DNA of 64,000 bases from Octopus sinensis (Eukaryota): contig NW_021833247.1 of the NCBI RefSeq assembly GCF_006345805.1, positions 1 to 64,000 on the forward strand. Direction: 5' to 3'. The notes below the pieces were generated by a model, which did no database searches, was not told where the DNA came from, and saw only the letters and a list, made by a program, of their open reading frames with translations. Positions 11,700 through 24,869 of the stretch are shown here, piece after piece. Position 1 is the stretch's first letter, and each line of letters opens with the position of its first letter. A program made the position numbers and the translations under genes.

Positions 11700-12770
11700 C
11701 TATCGTTGGAATGAATATTTTGAACGTGAGACGAAACCTTGTATATTTCTTCTATTCCGCTTTCAGATTGCATTTGTAATATTCGCGGTAGCTGGATGTA
11801 TTTCATTTCTTGATAACCCTAGCTTCTCCGGATTGTCACTTCGGTTACACAGAAATCCGAGTGCATCAGTTACTGGTGCGAATGGCTGTTTCCAAGGTGC
11901 TCTCCGTAGGTATCCACTTTCTCTTTAGCGTTTTAAAGAGATATTTTATCTCTATTGAGCAGCTGATCTCTCTGATGGTACACAATTTTATTGTCTGTGG
12001 GAAACAACGATATCCAGCCTGTTACGTTTACACTTGGCAGAAATTTTGATGGGAATATTCCAACAATATTCCTTGCGTTGAAATTCATGTATGTATTCAA
12101 TAATAGTGGGGTTTTTTCAGAATAGTCTTTAATTTCAATGCATTGTATTTTATTTTAGCACATTGAAAGGTAGTACCTATTTCTTTACTACCCACAAGGG
12201 GCTATACACGCATGCACGCATGCCTGTGTGTATATGTATGTATGCATGTATTTTTTTATGTGTGTATTCAACACAATCACACACATCTATCTATATTTGC
12301 TTACATATATATTTCTTTACTACCCACAAGGGGTTAAACACAGAGAGGACAAACAAGGACAGACAAACGGATTAAGTCGATAATATCGACCCCAGTGCGT
12401 AACTGATACTTAATTTATCGACCCCGAAAGGATGAAAGGCAAAGTCGACCTCGGCGGAATTTGAACTCAGAACGTAACGGCAGACGAAATACGGCTACGC
12501 ATTTCGCCCGGCGTGCTAACGTTTCTGCCAGCTTGCCGCCTTTTTGAAAGGTAGTACCTTGATGGCATTTGTTGAGCAGCTTCTGATTACATCTGTGATA
12601 TCTCCCACAAAAATGAGACATAATCGGCATTTTTAGTTGCACCCTGGGACTCCAAGAACTGTCCCATTTTTTTATCAAGTAGCAATCTCCTACATATGGA
12701 CAGCAAACACGCAGTAATGCACCAAAGAGAGGCAACACTTCATATCGATATTAACTGACGCTCCACTGGG
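11700..12770 (-). mobile_element. Decayed R4-like RLE LINE C-terminal region, interrupted by a SINE B insertion
   Basis: Minus-strand hand translation gives FAVHM*EIAT, KCRLCLIFVGDITDVIRSC (decayed CCHC knuckle), SRYYLS, EYIHEFQRKEYCWNIPIK..KRNRLDIVV (RLE PD motif remnant) and PVTDALG. Confidence 0.72.
12179..12540 (-). mobile_element. SINE B plus about 105 bp extra 3' sequence and a second tail, inside a 16-bp TSD
   Basis: TTGAAAGGTAGTACCT at 12163-12178 and 12544-12559. SINE body 12310-12540; extra tail 12179-12203. Confidence 0.9.
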
Positions 12771-13291
12771 TTCTTGTTGATATGATCAACAGAAGGGCCT
12801 GCTCGCGGAATTGACCTACAAGTGGATGGGCACTTTACAGACAAACTGTGATTTTGTATATCAAAAACGATATAAGTCGAAACAATTTGTGGGCCCATTA
12901 TGGTTTTTATGATTATTTATGTTATATAATATTAAGTTATGTTATATTCTTACTATTTAATGTAATATTGTAATATAAATAAATAATTGAATGTCAGTAG
13001 AACATTCCTATAATTAAATAATCTTTATAATTGAATTACACCAATATTTACATGGTATCCAACTGAAGTACCAGTTAAATGGATGTTTAACAACACACCC
13101 CACCCCTTTGGAGGATTTCTTTTCCTTAGTTTGTTACTTTAAGTATATATATGTATGTAAGTATATATATATCTGCATATGTATATATATATGTATGTAA
13201 GTATATATATATCACCGTGACAGATATATATATATATATATAAATATATATCACCGTGACAGATATATATATACATATATATATATATATA

Positions 13292-13615
13292 CCAGTGCGT
13301 AACTGGTACTTAATTTAACGACCCCAAAAGGATGAAAGGCAAAGTCGACCTCGGCGGAATTTGAACTCAGAACGTAGCGTCAAACAAAATACCTATTTCT
13401 TTACTACCTCCAAGGGGCTAAACACAGAGAGGACAAACAAGGACAGACAAACGGATTAAGTCAATTATGTCGACCCCAGTGCGTAACTGGTACTTATTTA
13501 ATCGACCCTGAAAGGATGAAAGGCAAAGTCGACCTTTGCGGAATTTGAACTCAGAACGTAACGGCAGACGAAATAATGCTAAGCATTTCGCCCGGCGAGC
13601 TAACGTCTCTGCCAG
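13292..13615 (-). mobile_element. SINE B tandem dimer
   Basis: A full copy (about 13392-13615) is joined at AAAGAAATAGG-TATTTTG to a second, headless body (13292-13391). Confidence 0.85.
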
Positions 13616-14511
13616 TCCAAACTGAGAGATGCTCTTGGAGCTTAAAAATGATTAGTTTGTGAAAACCCTTGATAGATTCTATAGTTAACGCGTTGACCCT
13701 AAGTAACCACTGTGTCTTGGCTCCAGCCGTTAGGACACCCAACAGCTGCCTATTTCTTCTGTAAAACTGCATACATTTAGAGTTACGTGGAAATACTTTT
13801 GAAAGAACACAACGATAAGCAAAAACTCAGATTTTTACCATTCTCTTCCATTCTCTCTACCATTTCTCTCTTTCCTCTCTTTCTCTTCCTTTCTTTCCTT
13901 GCTTCTATCTCTCTTTTATATAAAAAAAAACACCACTTTTCGTTTTGTTCGCTTCTCGAAAAAATCAACAATTGCTTAGTCGTGTGAAAGCAAAGCTGTC
14001 TGATTTGCCTATTAAGATAAATAGACATACAATAGAAAGTGGAAACTGCCTCGCCGCTTGTGACATATTGAAAAGACTATTCAATACTTGTGACTTTAAA
14101 TCAACTATCGATCTCATATTTAAAGACTCAACAAATGTCATATTAACTATTTATTCAGTTGAACAGACTTTTTCCCCTCAATATTATCTTCATTTCATCG
14201 TTGAAAAGGTATCGATTTTATCTTCATGTTTAACCGTAAATTTATTTAAAATACAATTGACATTTTCACAGAAAACTGACAGGATTTATATCGTTCATCA
14301 TTTCAAATTACTTATCGATACTTATTGAAATTGCTGTTAGTACTATTGTTTAACCCTAGGTTGGCTTTGCCTGGGCAGGCCTTGGCCGATTAATATTATG
14401 AATAAACTCATTCGAGACATCACCACCCTTTCTTTATTTTTGCGATGCTGGGGAGGGGGGACGAAAGAGTACTCCAGCAATTACAACAACCACCACAGCA
14501 GCAACAACAGT

Positions 14512-14897
14512 GGAGGCGCAATGGCCCAGTGGTTACGGCAGCGAACTCGCGGTCGGAGGATCGCAGTTTCGATTTCCAGACCGGGCGTTGTGTGTGTTTA
14601 TTGAGCGTAAACACCTAAAGCTCCACGAGGCTCCGGCAGGGGTTGGTGGCGACCCCTGTTGTACTCTTTCGCCCCAACTTTCTCTCACTCTTTCTTCCTG
14701 TTTATTGTCCCCGACTTCCTACGCAACCGCTGAGCCTGGATACGCATTCATCCATCCGTCGATGCACTCGGTGTCGGGGGTTGACCTGCTTTCTCTTCTG
14801 CGGGTCTTACGAATAGCAAAGGACCTCGTTTCGGACTTCTCCCATCTTGCGAGCTCTGGCACGAAGACCGTTCGTTCAACAGCAGCAACAACAACAA
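14512..14897 (+). mobile_element. tRNA-derived SINE, family C, with 15-bp TSD
   Basis: GGAGGCGCAATGGCCCAGTGGTTA A-box and GTTTCGATTTCC B-box, (CAA)n tail; ACAGCAGCAACAACA at 14495-14509 and 14879-14893. Confidence 0.8.
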
Positions 14898-15145
14898 TTT
14901 GAAATGAGGAAAGATATTTTTTCTCCTTAAAAAATATCAATTTTACTAAAAGTAAGCATATTGGAAAGCTATGAACATGTCAATCAATATTGTCTGTAAA
15001 AGTCTAGGGTGTGGTTTGAGAGAGATGTAGTAGCTATTGCCAGTGGCTAATTGAAAACTGCTTTATCTAAGCTATTGGGAGAATATGTAACGAGAGTTCA
15101 AATCCTTGCAAGTGACTACCGTGCTTACATATCCTTATATATTCA

Positions 15146-15184
<39 letters not shown>

Positions 15185-15412
15185 AGTGTATGATTTCTAT
15201 TATGGCGCACAGTCACATGGTGTGTATTTTATACATCGATTTTTGCAGAGAGTAAAAGCAAGAGTAACCCAGGTCCGATGTGGTGCTCAGAGTATCTAAG
15301 AAATACTAGTCTATAATCTATACTTCTCTCCACTGCACCTCACATTGATAAATAACCTCAGAATTACTCGGAGCTCAACAGATAAATACAGAAAGACTAA
15401 CACCGTAACCAA

Positions 15413-15625
15413 TAGGCGAGTGGCTCATCGGCTAAGGTGTTGCTTGCCACATCGCAGTTTCGATTCCCGAACCGGTTAGTGCGACGTGTTCTTGATCAAA
15501 ACACTTCATTTCCCGTTGCTCCAGTCTACTCAGCCGCAAAGGAGTAACCCTGTGATGGTGTGATGTCCTGTCCAGGGGTAATGCTAACATCTTGATCACT
15601 TATACGCCATTGTACTCGGGTAACA
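15413..15625 (+). mobile_element. Old tRNA-derived SINE with a family D-like central domain
   Basis: TGGCTCATCGGCTAAG, GTTTCGATTCCC, then gtgttcttgatcaaaacacttcatttcccgttgctccagtctactcagc, which matches the central block of 63421-63756. Confidence 0.55.
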
Positions 15626-16937
15626 GTTCCTATAATTCTTAGCCCTCGAGATTCTACTTGTACTTGCTAAAGCTAGTCTTCGAGTAATGTAATTTCATTT
15701 TATATTTTGATCCCATCACGCAAAATAAAATAAAATAAAATAAAATAAAATTATGATTTATAAACTAAGAAAACAAGAAATGAAACATTTATGTTTGTTG
15801 GACGGTGATGAAGGCCGAAATCAGCAGCAGAGTAACAAGGGTCTGTTCTAGTTTTAATACTTGAAACAATAATATAACAACCATCAGACAATTATCTTAC
15901 AATAATTCTGCTTGTCATTACGTTACTTAGGCCGTTGGTAACGCTTTCACGTGATTAGAGAAAAAGGAGGAGAAAGAAAAGAGAGAGAGAAAGAGAGTGA
16001 GAGAAGCATCGATGACGTGAGGTAGAAGGAACGGTATTGTAAAACTTTCCTGTGATTAGGGAAAGAGAGAACAAGAGAAAGAAAAGGAGGGAGAAGAGAA
16101 TAAAGCGAAGTGTGAGGCAGAAAGAGAGAGAAAGTAAAAGAGAGAGAGAAGTAAGACAGAGAGAAGTGTCCATAACATGTGGTAAGGGGAACGTAATATT
16201 TATTACGTGGTTAAAAAAGTTAGTTGAAAGTAGTGATATAGAGGAGAGTTAGGAATATAAATTAAGCAGAGGGGTGATGTTCCGATGATGAGATTAAAGG
16301 CAGAGAGAGGGGGAGAGATGGTGGTGATGTTGTTGTTGTTTGTGGTGGTGTTGGTGGTGGTAGTAAGTACATAGTGAAAAGTAATTTTTCTTTTAATTGA
16401 AATAAGTTTTTTTTTATATTACCTATCACATAACGCATGCGCATCCCAAACTTGCCATTCCCTTTAGAAAGAAACCAGTTTCTCGTTCGCCTGTCATATG
16501 CAACGGCTATCAATAAATTACAAACGTTTGATAAAGTGGGGTTATTCTTGCTTGAACTAGTATTTGGCCATGGTCAGCTATGTGTTACATTCTGAAGGGC
16601 TCGCAAATTATTTGATGTGAGAGTTAGTTATCAACACTGACATACAAGGGAAAAAAAGAAGGAGAACATAGTCTGCAAAGAAATATTCGATTGAAAGATG
16701 TACGCAAATTGAAATGTGTATTGCCTCTGACCCATTGCCTTTGCCGTATTCTAATCTCACAATATTCTAATTTCCTTCACTTTTCAATCAATAGCAAATG
16801 AGCGACACTCTTTGATACAGATACAACACAGGCTACGCTTTAAGGATTTTTGGATAAAGCTTTCAGGAATAATCCAATAGGTTCACCATTAATTCTGTAA
16901 AATATTCACGGGTCCCGCTTGTAATTAATATTGTTAG

Positions 16938-17168
16938 GGCGGCGAGCTGGCAGAAACGTTAGCACGCCGGGCGAAATGCGTAGCCGTATTTCGTCTGCCG
17001 TTACGTTCTGAGTTCAAATTCCGCCGAGGTTGACTTTGCCTTTCATCTTTTCCGGGTCAATTAAATAAGTACCAGTTTCGCACTGGGGCCGATGTAATCG
17101 ACATAATCTCTTTGTCTCTCCTTGTTTGTCCCCTCTATGTTTAGCCCCTTGTTGGCAATAAAGAAATA
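16938..17168 (+). mobile_element. SINE B with 9-bp TSD
   Basis: Full family B sequence; AATATTGTT at 16927-16935 and 17169-17177. Confidence 0.9.
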
Positions 17169-17185
17169 AATATTGTTGATCATAA

Positions 17186-17360
17186 ACTGGCGCTGAGCGG
17201 AAGGAAACGTTAGCACGTCGGTAAAAATGTTTAGCGGAATTACATTCCAAGTTCGTATCCCTCGAGGTCGACTTTGCATTTACTGGGGTCGATGTAATCG
17301 ATTATTCCTCTCCCACTAATACTTCTGACCTTATTCCACAATTTCAAACCATTATTGATA
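17186..17360 (+). mobile_element. Degenerate old SINE B/B2 copy
   Basis: gaaacgttagcacgtcgg...cgaggtcgactttgc...tactggggtcgatgtaatcga followed by a B2-like tail. Confidence 0.5.
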
Positions 17361-17479
17361 ATCAGGAATAGTTTCCCTCGCGATAGAAGCTAGAATATAT
17401 TTCTAAATGCTTCGGAAATAATTCGCTAAAACTGAATTAACATGAATCAGTCCTGATTCGTCGAAAGCTAAGAATATTT

Positions 17480-17724
17480 GTGAAAGGTAAGAGAGTCCAG
17501 TTTGCTGGATACTGTTGTAGAGCTGAAAAAGAGGTAATTTCTACTCTTCTCCTCTGGAAGCCATCTACTCGCAATACCAGAGGGCGCACACTCTCCTACC
17601 CTGATGTAATCTCCAGGGATACAGGCATCCAGCAACAGGACCTCCGTAATGCCATGATGGACTGTGAAGTCTCGCGTAGCATAGTAAATTCCATTGTCTC
17701 GACCACGGTCGAACAATGATGATG
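17480..17724 (+). mobile_element. RTE-clade LINE, short 5'-truncated insertion with TSD
   Basis: KGKRVQFAGYCCRAEKEVISTLLLWKPS..RGRTLSYPDVISRDTG C-terminus, (TGA)n tail; AAGAATATTT at 17470-17479 and 17725-17734. Confidence 0.85.
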
Positions 17725-17961
17725 AAGAATATTTCGTCTGTGGAAAGGAAAAGCGATATTTAATGGCCTTTGTGGAAGGGGTAGTTATTATTTCTGTGTT
17801 GATTAAGACATTTAGGAGTAATTATCCCGTGGAGTAAATACTAGGCGCAGAGGTCAGTGGGACGGTGAGGTGGGGAGTCGATCTCTATCAGAAGACGGGT
17901 ATGAGAGAAGGAAGCACATTGAGTCGGAAGTGCCGGAGTTGAGCTGGGAAAGAAACCAACC

Positions 17962-17970
17962 AGTAGTAGT

Positions 17971-18034
<64 letters not shown>

Positions 18035-18038
18035 CAGC

Positions 18039-18078
<40 letters not shown>

Positions 18079-18094
18079 ATAGCAGCAGCAGTAG
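17962..18094. repeat. (TAG)n microsatellite
   Basis: Directly visible. Confidence 0.95.
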
Positions 18095-18176
18095 AAAATT
18101 GGTCAGCTCACTCTTGACGTTGGTGGGACAAGACCGACAACAGCAATAACTGTGTGCGTGTGTGTGTGTGTGTGTA

Positions 18177-18214
<38 letters not shown>

Positions 18215-18310
18215 TAAGCAAAATTAGTGAAGGTGACACATTAAAAGTTTCAGCGTGGATTATGGCTGTTCGAGTTATGCCGAGAGTGAAGTGCTGTGTT
18301 GTATAAATAA

Positions 18311-18345
<35 letters not shown>

Positions 18346-18519
18346 AACTTTCTCACCTATATATATATATATATATATGTACGCATGTAAACGTATCTAA
18401 CATACTTAAGTGTATTATTGTTGTAAATATATTTAGTGAAATTATGCTTACATCAGTGTGTATGTACGTATGTATGATTTTATATATGTAGCTATGACTG
18501 TATGTGTGGATATATATAC

Positions 18520-18619
<100 letters not shown>

Positions 18620-19184
18620 ACGTATGAATGGATGTAGGTATGTGCGTGTATGTATACACGCGTATAAAGCAGTGGGTATAAAGAAGTATATCGTTGAAGT
18701 GTAACCTTAAACCACCCTCGTTGAGTGGTTATTTGCAAAGAAGTATTGAGATTTCAGCAGAGAGCTGGCGGGAATATAAACGGTTTTGGAGTGAAAGTAA
18801 ATACGAGCGTGGAACATAGCCAGGAGCTGATGGAAAGAGGGACAAATAAGGGTAGCAGACGGGGTGGAAGAGAGGAAAAGGTAGCTGGCCAGGAAGTAGT
18901 TTTGTTGTTGTTGTTGTTGTTGTTGTGATGGAGATGGTTGCCGTCATCGTTGTGGTTCTTTAGTTCCACATTAATTCTAATAGAAGAGACCAATGGTTAA
19001 ATTATTTTCCAGCCACGTTTCTCCAATCTTTTACTTCAGATATGTTTTGGGTTTTTTTTTTTTGTTTTGGGTTTTTTTTTGTTTTGGGTTTTTTTTTTTA
19101 CCATGTACGTCAAATACCATCCCATGTTTTCTTCCTATTCTACAGATGTCAACGGTGTGTAATTTGAAAGGTAATTTAGTTGCT

Positions 19185-19230
19185 ATTTCTAGCATGCTTG
19201 CGAGCATATCCATATGCTTCTTCAGTAATC
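19185..19230 (-). ncRNA. Decayed minimal hammerhead-like motif
   Basis: CUGAAGA, hairpin AGCAUAU-GG-AUAUGCU, then C-GCAA in place of GAAA, palindrome AGCAUGCU and A17. Stem I is weak. Confidence 0.4.
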
Positions 19231-19257
19231 GATAAGGAAGTTGTTCTTAAGTCGCTT

Positions 19258-19319
19258 TTGTTGTTGTTGTTGTTGTTGTTGTTTTTGTTGTCGTCGTCGA
19301 CGACGACGACGACGACGAC

Positions 19320-19350
<31 letters not shown>
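19258..19350. repeat. Compound trinucleotide repeat (TTG)n(TCG)3(ACG)7(ATG)10
   Basis: Directly visible. Confidence 0.95.
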
Positions 19351-20542
19351 TTCAAAGCTGCTGCAGCCCTGATTGAGTACATCTGTTCTGCACGTGACCA
19401 TCCTGTCGTATTTTATTAGTTTATTTTTAGGTGTGGTATACACCGAACTATGTTATACACTACTTCATTCAATATTTAAGACGTCAAAGGGTATTTTGAG
19501 GGAACTTAAAAGTTCGAAAGATTTCAGACAAAATGCAGTAAAATAAGGAGAGTAATAAACTGAAGTGAAAAGCAAGCGTATAGTGTTTATGCATATTTTC
19601 ACCTGAATTATTTGCTTGGTATTGAAATTATTTTCACACTGGTGGTTGCCATTATTCGGTGCAAAACGAATCAGTTACAGCGCAGACTTCAACGTGACGG
19701 GTTGGAGCTTTCCATCATGGTAACGCGGGCTGAGGAAGGTGAGGCAGTAATGCCAGTCCAAAAACCAGTCCAAATACTTGAATGTATGTTGAGAGATTGT
19801 ATTAGCACGTTTGCCGCAGACAATTGATTTCTGTAGTTATTATCAGTGGGCTATTTTTGGGGGGTGAGGGGGAGGCATTTAAATAAGTGTTTTAACTGTT
19901 ATTTCCAGCAGGTAAACGTTCTTATCCTTTGATTAATTTTAATCCTTCAACTATTTAATGCTTTAGTGGGGTGGGGATGGGGGGTACAATAACCTATATT
20001 ACTGATTTTGTTATTATCATTTTTAAATTGTTACACTAGATAATAACAGAGTCAATAATACCTTCGCAAATATATTCTTCTGAACTATTTGGTCCGTATT
20101 GAAATATATATATATATATATATATGAAGCAAAAAAAATAACGAACGTAAATCGTCAAAACATAACAAGCAATGAAAGGACGATGGCACAACAACGGCGA
20201 ACAGGACAAAACAAGATACACGGATCATTTGCAGCCAATTGCTTCTTCAGTCGGAGTCTGGAATGTCTACTTAGTTCCGCCCAATCCTCTCCGATACTAC
20301 TGGAAACCGGTTGCGCCAAAGGGCCTAAGCTGAAGGCATTAAGCCCCTGAATAAGGCAAAGGAAAGTACATATACAAACACAAGGAAATAACAAACAGAA
20401 AGGGTCTTTCGACTATCGGACGAACAAAAAATGAGAAATAGAATTATACATATACAATGGTCAAAAGCCTTTCGGCTATACAACAAAAATAAAACAAAAC
20501 GCAGTCTTTCTACTATCAGACATTATATTGTTACAGTTATAT

Positions 20543-20636
<94 letters not shown>

Positions 20637-20933
20637 AGATAGGGTTTGTGAGTGCAACCACCATGGGATAACATATATCCAATATATTGCCAGTAAAACA
20701 CCCAACAAAGTTAATACATAAATGTTAAGAATTGCGATGCAATTAATTCATTTATTGTATTATATGGGCGAAGGTAAAATGTTTTACCGCAAATTTTTAA
20801 TACAAAATAAGAAAATGGAGAAATACACCTTAACCAATAATCAACTACCAGATAATACCCAATCACATGGGTATGTACCCACTCCTGTATGGGTGTACCT
20901 CCTCTGATATTAATATTTAGATTGTACTTTATA

Positions 20934-21060
20934 ATCCCTGAAGAGGCCTTGGGATAATTTTGTAAGTGTCTCATTTATAACCACATATTAACTTATCACA
21001 CCTGGCTAATATGAGCATAATGAGATACCCATATCTACATGGCTGAAACAGCTGTAAGAT
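20934..21060 (+). ncRNA. Minimal type I hammerhead ribozyme motif with long stem II
   Basis: CUGAAGA 20938-20944; stem II GGCC/GGCU plus a 10-bp inner helix (20966-20975/21019-21028); GAAA 21045-21048; palindrome ACAGCUGU; GUA triplet. Stem I has a mismatch at the first pair. Confidence 0.62.
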
Positions 21061-21267
21061 GTAGTTTATATTTATATTTATATTTATTTATATTTATTCA
21101 TACATATTGTAATTATTGTATCATATTACTCATTGATGTGCATTGTTTTGTTCTGTACTATTATGTTTGACCTTGATGTTCATATGTAGTGGGTTAATAA
21201 ATTATGTGATTGGGTATTTTCTGGTAGTTGATTATTGATTAAGGTGTATTTCTCCATTTTCTTATTT

Positions 21268-21826
<559 letters not shown>

Positions 21827-22335
21827 GCGTACGCTGTTGCTAATTAAGCTCTTCCCAGCGCAATATATTTCTATCGCACGTTAGTAAACGAGAAGACGCC
21901 TCATTACATCGCCTGTAAAAAAAAATCTCGTTCCGACCCTACAAAGAGATCAGAGAAATACTCGAACATTTATTATATAAGTTCTACATATTTGTGGCAG
22001 TACATTTAGTATAGAGAATGTTTTAGTTATAGATTCCTGCCATACGTCTATCGGTCTTTTGGAACCGGTGTTATAATTATAGCAGGTACTCAGATGACGA
22101 ACACCGTTTCACTGAGCACGCTGACAAATGTTTTCAGGCTCAAAGATCTTTCAAATGCAATTAAGAATTATTTTATGAGATTAGTCCATGTTCTAGTTGA
22201 TGCATAGAATTGCTATGACAACTAATGCTTATGTACTATTATAGATTTAGGTCTGGGTGGATTTTTAAGGAAGTTCTCGCTGTTTACCAAAGTGCTAGGG
22301 TCAGCCGTATTCATGTTAATATTCCTTTCTCTGGC

Positions 22336-22642
22336 TGGCACTCCGCCGGTTGCGACGACGAGGGTTCCAGTTGATGCGTTTAACAGAACAGCCTGCCATG
22401 AAATTAACGTGCAAGTGGCTGAGCACTCCACAGACACGTGTATCCTTAACGTAGAGATTCAGTGTGACACAGAGTGTGATAAGGTTGGCCCTTTGAAATA
22501 CAGGTACTACTCATTTTTGACAGCTGAGTGGATTGGAGCAACGTGAAATAAATTGCCTCGTTCAGTGACACAACGCGTCGCCGGGAATTGAACTCACGAC
22601 CCTGCAATCATAAGTCGATATCCCAACCACTAACCCACGCAC
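22336..22642 (-). mobile_element. tRNA-derived SINE, D-like head and central domain with a different tail
   Basis: Minus strand GGGTTAGTGGTTGG, GAGTTCAATTCCC, tttatttcacgttgctccaatccactcagctg, and a tail ending ...gtcgcaaccggcggagtgcca. Confidence 0.75.
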
Positions 22643-23036
22643 TTTCTCATTCCGTTCTCTACCACGACTATATGATTTCAATTTGATCGAATCTTACATA
22701 TTCTTTCTGCCATTAACACATCTTAAAGACATATTCATTCATTATATCCTCATTCTGCTTGCAGGTATACACACGCACACGCGCGCTCGTATATATTGTA
22801 TCATGTGGGTCTTTAGATTCGGCTGACGAGCAACGTTTCTGTAAGAAGCCAACGAAACTTCACGCTGCATGGAACCGAATCAAACCGATTTAAATAATGA
22901 TATAACTCCAACTAATGTGTTGAGTGCCTCCTACTGTGTTTTGCCCACTCACCTGTACACACACACACACACAGACAAAACACACACAAAAAAAATACAC
23001 AGACACACCCACACAAAACACATAAAACACGCCCGC

Positions 23037-23075
<39 letters not shown>

Positions 23076-23097
23076 TATATATATATAATACATACAT

Positions 23098-23204
<107 letters not shown>

Positions 23205-24311
23205 ATTTGCGGGAATGCCGTTTGTACTGAATATATCAATTTACATAACTGCATATATATGTGTGTGTGTCTCAGCGTGCGTGTGCATACGTGAGCGTTC
23301 ATGTGTCTCTAGGTGTATACATGGGTATGTGTGTACGTGTGTGTGTGTTTGTGTGCGCGCGAATGTTTATATATGTTAAGTTTTATTTTCCGTAAATTAT
23401 ATTGAAGAACAGATTAATTGCCATAATGTTTATCTTTGAGGAAATCTTCCGGAAACATATGTCTTATCCGCCAAAGATATTCTAGAAAGTTCACTTGATT
23501 CAGGAGAACCAATTCTAAGTACAGCTGCTTCGTAGCTTTGCTGTTTTAAATTTAGCACAAATATTTCGAGGAAATCTCTGAAGATAATATATTTTTAATG
23601 GAGAACTTTTCTCTTTGCCACAGAACAGGATAATGTTTTAGGCCGTGAGAGACGAAAAACCTTTTTCTATTTCTTTGTTTCCTTGGTGCGGTAGTTTAGG
23701 AATTTTAATTTTTATACTTCTAATGTTCCTTTTTACTTTCTTTTCTTCCTGTAAAATTCCTTGTAAATAAACGAAAGGTTAAATTGAAAATAAAGAATCA
23801 GAAATTAAATTACATCTGAGTACGTTTATTTCGTTATTCATCAAAACAATGGCTGAAACTACTAACATACACCGACATTATAATTCATGATATTACAGTG
23901 TTTAAAACATAGTTCTCCATTTTTTACTCGTCAAAGTTCTGTTCCCGAATTGTTAAAATTATCAGGCTTTTAATTCGAAATTTGCCGCTCATATTGAATT
24001 CATTTTTGCGACGAAGTTCAAGAGCAGATTTAGAAAACCAAATATACATGGAATCTACAAGAGGATATTTGAAAGAATCGAAATAATGTCAAACCCTTTA
24101 TGTTTAAATGAAGCTGAATTGAATTTTGCTATTCATCCTTCAGGGGCCACTTAAATAACTAACAATTGATACTGGGCTTTGAACGACTGTTTGAGAAAAA
24201 TACCTCACAAATCCTAATAATTTGCGGAATTAATGTGATGTGACTGACATCTTTTTCAGATATATCTATCCATCCATCCATCCATCCATCCATCCATCCA
24301 TCAATTCATTC

Positions 24312-24465
<154 letters not shown>

Positions 24466-24550
24466 ACAGCTGCGTATGTCTGTCAGACTTTGTCTGTATC
24501 TCTCTCCTCTTTTCTCTCTTTCTCTCCCTCTCTCACTCCCTCTCTCTCTC

Positions 24551-24599
<49 letters not shown>

Positions 24600-24600
24600 T

Positions 24601-24647
<47 letters not shown>

Positions 24648-24702
24648 CCATTCCGATTGATAACTGATGAATAATTAGAGAGCCTCTGTCTCTTATACGT
24701 GT

Positions 24703-24785
<83 letters not shown>

Positions 24786-24803
24786 ATATATATAATATAT
24801 ATA

Positions 24804-24835
<32 letters not shown>

Positions 24836-24869
24836 GTATGTATATATGTATGTATGTATAATCGTTTGT

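Noticed and set aside
11767-11930. Plus-strand exon-like stretch after tttcag encoding a hydrophobic signal-peptide-like sequence
   Set aside because: The minus strand is explained by a decayed RLE LINE, and the plus frame stops with no convincing donor.
15803-15825. GTGATGAAGGCCGAAAT
   Set aside because: C3 is absent, stem II has no loop, and stems I and III are missing.
20225-20255. CTGAAGA-AGCAATTGGCT-GCAAA on the minus strand
   Set aside because: The core is broken and stems I and III cannot be formed.
22820-22870. CTGACGAG...CGAAAC hammerhead-like spacing
   Set aside because: Stem II and stem I do not pair, and there is no palindromic stem III.
24686-24704. CTGTCTCTTATAC-GTG-TCT, 16/19 match to the Tn5/Nextera mosaic end
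   Set aside because: Three internal mismatches, no adjoining adapter sequence and a low-complexity context; chance is the simpler explanation.
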